From Catajapyx aquilonaris (lineage: Eukaryota), in assembly GCA_000934665.2 (NCBI GenBank), contig KZ538287.1, positions 1-64,000 on the forward strand: a DNA stretch of 64,000 bases. The letters are read 5' to 3'. Numbering within the stretch: position 1 is the first letter of the stretch; every line of letters starts with the position of its first letter. Positions 1-9,600 of the stretch are shown here, piece by piece. A program made the position numbers and the translations under genes. The notes beneath the pieces were generated by a model. The model ran no database searches, had not been told where the DNA came from, and worked only from the letters and a program-made list of their open reading frames with translations.

Positions 1-619
1 TAAAAACCATGTTCCGGTCTTCGGATTTCTCAGGACTTTTAGTGTCTTGTTCAGGGGGTCAAAGAGTACCTCTGTACCAATTTCCAGCTTTACACGATTT
101 TTTTTGGGGTCAAAACCTAAAATGACTGGGCTATATATGCATTGCTCAATATTTGTTTATAGTTCAGTCACCTATTCCTGTGCAATAAAGCAATAATGTG
201 CAACATCGAAGTCGATAGAACGTATACAAGTGATATCGTACCGCACAAAATGTCAAAATAACTATACGACAATTTTTCAAGCGTTTCAGTGTTTCAATAT
301 TGGAACTGACATATAGGCCTACCCCAATAGTCAATGGTAATCAGTCACATTTGAGATGTGTAAGTAACTTACATAATACTCTAATCTGACTGACCGATAA
401 TAATGACTTACTTCCTTATCAGGTGTCAGTGACATTCACCATAAGGCGTCGATAACCATGTTATCAGTGCATTGGCTTCAAAACATCGAATCTGGCACTG
501 TTTGTAGCAGGCTTATATTTTTCACCTTGTCTAGTTCACTCTTAGCATCTCAGCACATCTGCGACTCTGTGGATGGTACCAGTGCATCGAGCATAATGTG
601 TGGACTATAAATAGTTTTA

Positions 620-2939
620 ATGGATGAAGACACAGTTTACCAAAATTCCGTGGACAAAGACAATGGGCATGTTTCTTACCCAAAAACTACAGCAATCGAT
701 GGGTTGGTCCAACAGCAGCCTGCAGGTTGCAGTTCCTCACTGCTTCCCTCTGAAGATGATGGTTCCAAGTCACAAAAGACGAAGAGCTTCCTCAGAACCA
801 TCACTGGAAAACAGAGAATCATTCTGGCCACATTGGCCTGGTTGAATCTCACCAACTTTTGTGCTCTCAGTGTGTTGGGACCATTCTTTCCTCCAGAAGT
901 AAGTTGTAATAATACTTGGTAGTTGGTATACATCAAGTAGGCCTACCAGAAGCTCTTATATTCTTCTAGGCTGAGTCGAAAGGCATGTCTCAATCAGTGT
1001 CTGGCTTTGTCTTCAGTTGGTTCGCAATGGTGTACACCATAATGTGTCCCGTCTGGGGAAAACTTGTAAGTATGTTTGACGTTTTGATTCACTCTGTATT
1101 CACTCGCTGCATGTTTCAGATTCCTTACATTGGAATACGGTTCGCAATTGCAACAGGAGTGTTCGTATCAGGCACATGTAACATATTGTTCGGGTGAGTC
1201 TAAAGTGGAGAACATGCAGGCCATTGTTGAATAACACTATTGTTGCAGATTCTTGAATCGGGTGGAGAGCTTGGAGAGTTTCACTATGCTTTGCTTTGTT
1301 GTGAGAAGTACCGAAGCCATGGGGGCATCGGCTTTTATGACCGGAAGCTTCACTCTGGTCACACAAGTATTCTCAAAAAACATCGGAAGCACCATGGTGA
1401 GTTCAAAGTTCATACCACGGTTCCAGTGTGTTACATTGTCATTTTCTAACATTCTGAAAGGGAACTCTTGAGACGTTTATTGGAGTTGGATTGAGCATAG
1501 GTCCACCCATTGGTGGACTACTGTACGAGGTCAGTACTGCATAACGTGTTTCATATGTAGAAACAATAAGAGGTTCGTTGTTTTAGCTAGGAGGATACAC
1601 CTTGCCTTTCATCTCCGTTGGCTTGTGCATGATCTTCAGCGTACCTATCTACTTGTACATACTGCCCCAAGAGGAATGTGAGACACACTGATTGCCCCTC
1701 CCCCAAAAATGGTACAGATTCAGTATTACACTGCCTGAATTTTCAGTTGTGGAAAAGAAGAATGGCAGCAGCATATTAGCTATTCTCAAAAACGGACGTG
1801 TGGTCATGATCCTGATGGTTGTTGTTGCTCTTAATGGACAATGGTGCTTCCAGGACCCAACACTGGAACGGCATCTCAGTCAGGTCAGTACAAAATGTTA
1901 CTACAGCACAATTTACAGTAGAGCCCAACAATGTTATTGGTGTTTCAGTTCAACTTAACAGCAACTGAAGTTGGTTTGTTTTTCCTGCTGGAAGCGTCCG
2001 TGTACGCCATAAGCAGTCCCATATGGGGAGTGGTGTCGGACAGGACGTCCAATAAGTGGATTCTGATGATCATCGGGCTGTTTGGAAGCACCTTTTCCTT
2101 CCTCCTTCTCGGACCTTCCCCGTTGCTGCCTTTCTTGCCCAAGTAAATATTTCGGACAAACATACTGCAGAACCAGCAGAACTCTAGCAGGGTGAAAGTA
2201 ATGAGTTGCCTTAGAGCCAGGATACGTTTGTCCGATTTGACCCAACAGAGTTACAGACTACGTTACGTACTGTTATGTAAAATGATTTTCTGCTTATTTC
2301 CAGCACAATGTGGCTGAATGGCATTGCAGCCGTTATGATTAGCGTGTTTAATGTCATGGGTCTGATTCCGACATATCAGGCCATCATTGACTGCGCAACG
2401 TAAGTTACAATAATAACCAACATAATAATTATTATTTATATTGTTCCTAACAATGGATTTAATTATCATGGTACATTTAAGGGACGAATCATCTGGATCG
2501 GAAGTGGATCTGGGTACATTTAGCGTGGTAGCTGGACTTTGGTCATCCATGAACTCACTCGGGTTAGTATGATACCTATAGTAAGGTCATGCATATTTTA
2601 TAGGACCTGTGTTAATGTCAACATCAAAGCAATCAATTTCTATTCCTAGTGTTCCGAATATTTCTTTTCTTATTTTCCAGTGAAATCTTGGGTGATTCGA
2701 CAGGAGGTCTCCTGGTGGACAACTTTGGTTTTCAAACAGCATCGACAGTGATTGGCTTAGCCTCGACAGTAGTCGCGACCCTCCTTCTGACTTACTTCTG
2801 CACCAGAGGGTCACCCTGCAACACTAGGTCATCCCCTGGTAACCTGCGACCGTGCAATGAAACCACGAACCTGCTGATGCATAGCAGCAATGGAAGGGCT
2901 TCAGACCTGCCTCTATGGAGGTCAAAGGTCGAAGTGTAA
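620..2939 (+). CDS. SLC18B1: MFS-type transporter, SLC18B1-like (vesicular amine/polyamine transporter family); 11 exons, 507 aa
   Basis: Hand-spliced exons, all with GT-AG introns: 620-898, 970-1065, 1120-1193, 1249-1396, 1461-1529, 1587-1677, 1747-1883, 1949-2142, 2304-2399, 2482-2562, 2681-2939 (1524 nt, one open frame). Motifs I recognise from SLC18B1 proteins: LGPFFPPEAESKG, RSTEAMGASA, GTLETFIGVGLSIGPPIGGLLYELGGYTLPF, DPTLERHL, SPIWGVVSD, LLLGPSPLLP, VAGLWSSMNSLGEILG. About 12 hydrophobic segments. AATAAA at 3015-3020. Confidence 0.9.
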
Positions 2940-3235
2940 TTACGTGTATTTAACATATTTTTTAAAACATTTGGTTGGTAAATATTTGTAACTTTCTGAC
3001 ATTCGCTGTAAAATAATAAATAAAACTGTACTCTGCAATATTGCAATTATGATAATTCAGTATTATTACGATAACATCTGGGAATACCAGTGCATCAGTG
3101 TTCATATGAACCGTGTGTGGTAATGGACTTGCCTATGTACGGATGCAGATATGCTGATCTTGTTATGGTAAAACCCACCGAGGTCAAGGAAAAACCTAGA
3201 TAAAACTAATCATTTACATAATAATCCTTCTGGCT

Positions 3236-3241
3236 TATAAG
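3236..3241 (+). promoter_or_regulatory. Putative TATA box of the C-type lectin gene
   Basis: TATAAG about 50 nt upstream of the ATG at 3289, inside the short intergenic gap after the SLC18B1 polyA signal. Confidence 0.5.
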
Positions 3242-3288
3242 CAGCCGCCTAGTAGTAGATGTCAAACTGGACGTGACCACCACAGAAA

Positions 3289-4004
3289 ATGGTTCTACCC
3301 AAAAGGCTGGTGTCCCTGTGCCTCATGGCCATAACATTGCGATCAATATATGGTAAGAAAAGACAGTCATCTATATACTATTCATAATTATTCATACAGT
3401 AACTTTCTTGCTAATTAAATAAAATTCGTTTCTTTTCCTCAGGAATGGAATGTACTCACCCTTACGTAAGATTGGCTACCGGTTGCTATTACTTCAGTGG
3501 CGCCCATGCCACCAATTGGTGGAAAGCTTCAGAAGCCTGCCGTGGTCTAGATGGAGCATTGGCAGTCATCAATGACCCCCTCGAGAACCAGGTCATCTCT
3601 CAATACCTCGCTGAAGGTATGTCCAGCACTTGTGGTCATCACGAAAATGTTCTGAAATGTACCATTATCCGACAGCTGATCCTAAGCGACACTACTTTGC
3701 TGGAGGGTATGACCTGGGCCACGAAGGTGTGTGGTACTGGGAATCGAACCGGAGACCAGTTGACTACTTCGACTGGCATCCAAACCAGCCAGACAACGCA
3801 GGAGGCAACGAGCACTGTCTGGACCTGAGAAATGGGGGCAACGGGTTTCATTGGAACGACATACCATGCATCGCAGTACAGAGCTTCGTATGTGAGGCCA
3901 TACCTGAGAGGAAAGAAGTTGCCTGGCAGGTAACAGGAATCAAGTTCCAGGTGGAACCAGCTCAGATGAAGCCTACAGATTGGGAACATCTTCAAGCCAA
4001 TTGA
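3289..4004 (+). CDS. Secreted single-CRD C-type lectin (perlucin-like); 3 exons, 188 aa
   Basis: Exons 3289-3352 (signal-peptide-like MVLPKRLVSLCLMAITLRSIYG), 3443-3616 and 3676-4004, with phase-1 GT-AG introns (567 nt open frame). Long-form CTLD with 6 Cys: CYYFS, W..A...C....LA.I, GGYDLGHEGVWYW, WHPNQPDN, EHC, WNDIPC, FVCE. AATAAA at 4083-4088. Confidence 0.92.
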
Positions 4005-4099
4005 TAGACACAACTGATGTATTTTGCAATTTTTGTAAATTTGACACATCCAAGCATTTTGTATTTAAAAAATGAAAATGACAATAAAATATTGGGTCG

Positions 4100-4170
4100 A
4101 ATTTTCATCCCACTGCTAGTTGCTGCTAACTTAGTAGTACTTAGTTAGAAGTGGCAGTGGGACGAAAATT
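4100..4170. repeat. Inverted repeat/hairpin between two convergent polyA signals
   Basis: AATTTTCATCCCACTGC (4100-4116) vs GCAGTGGGACGAAAATT (4154-4170), 16/17 complementary; inner stem CTAACTTAGTA / TACTTAGTTAG. Confidence 0.75.
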
Positions 4171-4247
4171 TCACACACATGCTGTTTTTACCAAATTTAC
4201 ACAATGTTATAATTTAAAAATATAAGCAAAGAGTGAGCCATATAATA

Positions 4248-6283
4248 TTTATTAACATACATTGTACAAATTATATCATAGCCAATTAAAAATTACTCAA
4301 CCACCACACTTTGGAAAAATCTTCACAAACCACCACTCATTGTGGTTTAGAAAGTCACTTTTTTGGCTACTGGACACATTACGTTTTCATGAAGATGTGC
4401 GACGGCAACGAGTATTTTTTTTAAATGCGTCATTAATTTTTTATTGAAGGGATGGGATGTCACATGGATGACAGCCAGTTCTCGAGGCTTTGGAGGTGTG
4501 AACACAATAATTAATTAGTAAAAACATGGAGGGATGAGTAAGATGAGTTTGGCACAATTTTCCCCATCCGCTCTCTTCCTTGATTGTTAACCATTTTTTT
4601 TCCCTGGAAGTCATTCTTCTTTTTTTCAGAGGCTCATCATAAATAGCATCATTTACAGACACACACCCCACACAATGCAAAATAGCAGTCCTATTCAGTC
4701 TGACTCATGCCATACAAACAACAATAATGAGGTATGTAGTGTGGTTTTGTTTTTGGGTATTTTTCGCTCTCTCATCCGGTATGTTCGTCATGTTTCGTCA
4801 TAGCAATTACACGTGACATTCGAGCCAGTGTCAATATCCATATGGTATAAACTATCGTCACAAATTTTGTACCGAAAATCTTGCATTCAAAATCGTGGTT
4901 TTTTTCCACCCTTTTCCCTCTATCTTCGAACAGTACAACATGACAATGTGTTGATTTGCTCATACAGTTTAATCACAATATTCCGATTGAACAACATAAA
5001 TTTCAGCATGATTCAGAGCCATCGGCACAATTTATCATTATAATTTTTAAAAAAAACTTGCTGTAAGGGAAAATAGTGAAAAATTCTACCTATGGGTCAC
5101 AGGCTTAACAAAAACCGATCACTTCACAAACACTGGAATCCGAAACAACAAAATGGCACAAAGTACATCATATTCGTGGGGGAGGACACACATGACCTTA
5201 TGTTGCCCGGAAAGATATGAGGATTTAGGGGGGAAGTGTGTGATAATAATAATAATTTCTGCCTATCTGCTCAGGAAGCAACAAAACACGTTTTTTTTAA
5301 CAAAAAAAAGCCTATGCCTCGTACCCTTCCATTAAAACACAGTTGTAATATTCACACTTTGTACAAAATGGCAGGTGCAAACTGACGACAAGGGATCATA
5401 TTTTTTTTAATAAAAAGAAAGAGGACATCCCCCATGTGCCAAATGCTTGAGGTCACCGACACTTCTTTCTTATCATCTCATCTGTACACTTCATTTTCTG
5501 CTCTCTTCTGATCACCATTTTCCTTTATCTTCCATCCATCCACTGCACTGTACATAATGCTGGTTTAAATTGTGGTAAAAAAAATTCTGTACACTCTTTA
5601 CTTGCGGTTTGAGATTATAAGTACATTATGTACACATGAGCACGTGTCACTCACTAAGACTTCTTGAGTCCAAGCAGCTGTTCTCGGAACTGAAATGAGT
5701 TAATGATATTTAGTTATTGTTCTCATTTTTTAGGTTCTACGAGTACATTCATCCTGTAACAGGAAGAATCCTATTGAAGATTTTCATAAATATGGTATTA
5801 AGTAATATGATATTCAGGCAATATTTGCAATAATTTAGCAACCTGAGCCTGTGTATGTAAATTTTGAAAATAATTTTAACGGCTCAATGTGTCGCATACA
5901 AGTGTTTCCTTCTGAAGGTTAGGTCACCTCTGTTATGTACACACATCAGGTTGTCCTGAACTCTCAGAATGCACTAAATGATTTCAATAAAAATTCAACT
6001 CAGAAATTTTCTAAATGCTACCCAGATTCATACAACATTAATAACTCACGTGACATTTCCCATAACGGGCCAAACATATGTTAGTACTTGTGGATGTGGA
6101 AATGGCATGGATGGATTTTTTTTTTGTTGTTCTTTCTCTCTTTCTCTCTCTTGTTATTAAATTTTTTTTTGTTCACCTCTTGTTTTTTTTTGCTTGTTTT
6201 TTTTAGTCTATATCGCGCCACTCGCTCTCTCCCACGCACTCTTCACTATCACACTCTTCTTTTATGTACACGACAAATTGCCA
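4248..6283 (-). other. Probable ~2 kb 3' UTR of the collagen gene
   Basis: Runs from the stop codon (6284-6286) to minus-strand AATAAA signals at 4440-4445 and 4248-4253. No coding signal; three UGUACAUA elements. Confidence 0.5.
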
Positions 6284-6607
6284 CTAATTGTCCACATATT
6301 CCTCGTAATCCTCCTCTTCAAAGTCAGCCTCATCAGGGGATTCGACCGTAGGTGGGAAAGGAGGCGGGGTACTGTTTTCCTGCGGGAAATTATAACCCTG
6401 GGAAGATAAATTAAGCAACAATTAATTAGTAATCCACTGTCCATCCTGGTCTTGGTGTTTAATTAACCATCATTGTCATAATGATGATGGTGATGATGAA
6501 GATGATGATGGTACAGTAAAACCTGTCTACGTTGGAGACTTGCTGTTCAATTTAAAATGTCCAACTTATTAAGGTGTCCACCTTAACATGTTTTACTATT
6601 ATTTATA

Positions 6608-6683
<76 letters not shown>

Positions 6684-9600
6684 GCTCCCATAATTTTTTG
6701 AGAGGGGTCCTGATGACCTCTTACTTTTGGAGGTGGTCTCCAACCACAGCCAGGTAGTGGAAGTCCATCTGGACCAAGTGGACAAGGAGCGTCCAGTCCA
6801 GGGACGCCTTGCTCTCCTTTGTCTCCTTTGTCACCTTTTCTTCCTCTCTTGCCAGGAGGACCCTACAACGATTGGTGCAAATAAAATCAATTTAATCAAG
6901 AATGATTCGACCGGGATTATTCGGGACAGGAAAAAAAATATAGCTATATGCACTCGGGCGCTAGATGGTGCCACGAGTATTGGAAGCTTAAAACACGTGC
7001 TGTGTATGAAATCCAACAGAGGGCAGGACATGCCTTACTGGCACTGCTAACATTAAGGAGTACTTTAGCAGTAGGTTGAAAAAGCATTGAAGTAGTTGAA
7101 GGCTTACTAAACATTGGAACATGTGTACAATCCCTCTTGCAAACAAGTTTTCAGATTTGACATTAACTGACAAACAAACAAACATTGTCTTTTATAATAA
7201 CCAGAAGATTCCCTCTTGGAAAACTTTTTTTTCTTCTTCACATTTTACATGAAATGACATAACACATTTTGCCTTTTATAATTGAAGATAATGCCTTCAA
7301 CTAATGTTAAGCAAGCTCTAACACTGCCAACAATTACAGCTAAATGTAGCTTACCGCTTCTCCTTTGGCACCCTTTTCTCCCTTGGGACCCTAAAGAGGA
7401 GGAAAAAATGGGGGAAAATGGTTCGCTGGTAACTTATTCAAAAATATTTTAAAAAAAATAATACGTCCCGCATTCATTCCGAAGTTTTTCGTGGAGTAAA
7501 AAAGCCCAGCCGACAGATAGCGTGCATTAGTAAGGCAATGAAATAAGATCGCCACCGGACCTAACATATATTTTTTTCCGAAAAAAATAATAATTGCGAT
7601 TTGACATACGCCAACACCATGCTTTGTGGAGTACGATACAAAATCATGCAATACAATTTTTAGCTGAATATTTCCGGATTAGCAATCCATTGTACAAGCA
7701 AAGAAAAAAGTCAGAGATATAATAGACAAAAAAATATATATATTCGGAATAAACGTTAGTAAAAAGCATGGGGGTACCTCAGCACCAGGAATTCCGTCAG
7801 TCCCCTAAAATATCGGAAAAGAAAACACAAAATTAGATCAGCAAATTGCCCAATTGCGTTAGCGTCAAATCATTGTTTGCGCTTTTTTTTATCGCTGCTA
7901 AATAAGCACAATGGTTAAAGGGAATGGGGAGGGGAGCCCAGCCAAAAATATGAACATAAAATTGTTAAAAAAAATTGTGCGCCTGGATTGGTCCATTCAC
8001 ACTAGTTGTTAGTACCGTAACTACATTCTCCTGCTTACGTACCGGTAATCCAGGATCACCTCTTTCACCTTTTCTTCCTGGTTCTCCCTGTGCTCCCTAA
8101 AATTACAACACGTGTCACTTGTCCGTCAAAAAAATTTCAAAAAAAATAATAAAAAAACAGAAACGAACACAAAATTAAAGGGTGCTTACCTTCATGCCAT
8201 CGAGTCCAGGAGGCCCCTGAAACGTGGTGCAAAAAAAAATTAATACGAAAATTATAGGCTTATCATTCACCCAATTTTTAGGTATGATCATATGCTCTAG
8301 TGATAGTGATAGTAAATAGTGGTGGCGGTGGCAGGAGCGCAAGGCAGTGAAATAAATGACAAATAGAGCATAGACAATCCCAAAGCACGAGTGATGGAAA
8401 CCTTCCAAAGAATTTTTTGGCAGAAAAGAATAATAAATAAATAAATAAATAATGAATAAGGTAGAGAAATTGGAGACGAATGGAGATAAGAGCAACACCG
8501 GCGAGTAATTTTCGTTTCGAAAACTTTTTATTTGATTAATTTTGTGGATTTTTTTTTGTGCCCTGCAACCGACTTAAGGTCGAATTCATACCATTTGTCC
8601 TGGCTTCCCTCCTTCACCTGCTCTTCCAAATTCTCCTCGGAGACCCATGGGACCCTAGAATTTAAAATATGTGTTATAACAATTTTAAAGAACTAATATA
8701 AATATGCGCAGACTCCCAAAAAATTGGAAATATATATTTTTTTGAGCTGATGCAATACAAGTGATTCCAGTGTTTCTTACTAGAAGTATGTTTTTAAATG
8801 GCTGTTGTATGCAGCCTATTACATGTATACGTACATGCAATTTTTGCTCTCAAATATCTTCATAAATGCCCGTCGATTCAACAAAATTAAATGCATAAGA
8901 AAATATTGAGAATTCATGATCATAATTAGAAACAGTTTATTAATTTATTCTAATGGGCCTTAATATCCCTGAGACAACAGAAATGAACAGAATGAAAGAT
9001 TGTGGGTTGTTTCATCAAAGAAGTAAATGTCTCCATATGTTACTTCATTCAGTACCGGTAATATAAATATTTCCAAATGATCGTAATTTAAACACTGAAG
9101 AGTACACAGCATGTAGCAACTCACAGGCAATCCCATTGGCCCTGGATCTCCTTTCTCTCCCTTTTCTCCCTGAAACATCAGTTCACATTAAGTAAAGCGT
9201 ATCAGTAACATTTTAATAAGCGAACTTACCGGCTCTCCTTTACTACCGTCGTTCCCCCTATCGCCCTTGATGCCAGGAGGTCCCTGCAAGCCAGGTGTTC
9301 CTGATGGGCCAGGAGGACCAGGGGGTCCAATTATCTAAAAATCAATTGAAGTGATCAGCATGCACATCACAGATATCATAACACGTGGACTTACAATTTC
9401 ACCTCCACTGCCTTCAAAGGTACCATCGCCCTGAATAAAACAAAAGTGATTATAAAACTATTCATATGTAGATAAATTATTAATATTTTGCTTCAAGCAT
9501 TATTTAATTTCAGTGCAGACCACAAGCCAATAATATTACATAATGCATTCTAACTAGTCAGATATAGTGACATTTTAAATGCTCATGCAAGAATGTCACC

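Noticed and set aside
1..134. Possible truncated DNA-transposon end at the window start
   Set aside because: The partner terminus is outside the window, so it cannot be supported from this sequence.
3930..3950. GT...AG stretch in the lectin's last exon
   Set aside because: Only 21 nt, too short for a spliceosomal intron; the frame is open through it.
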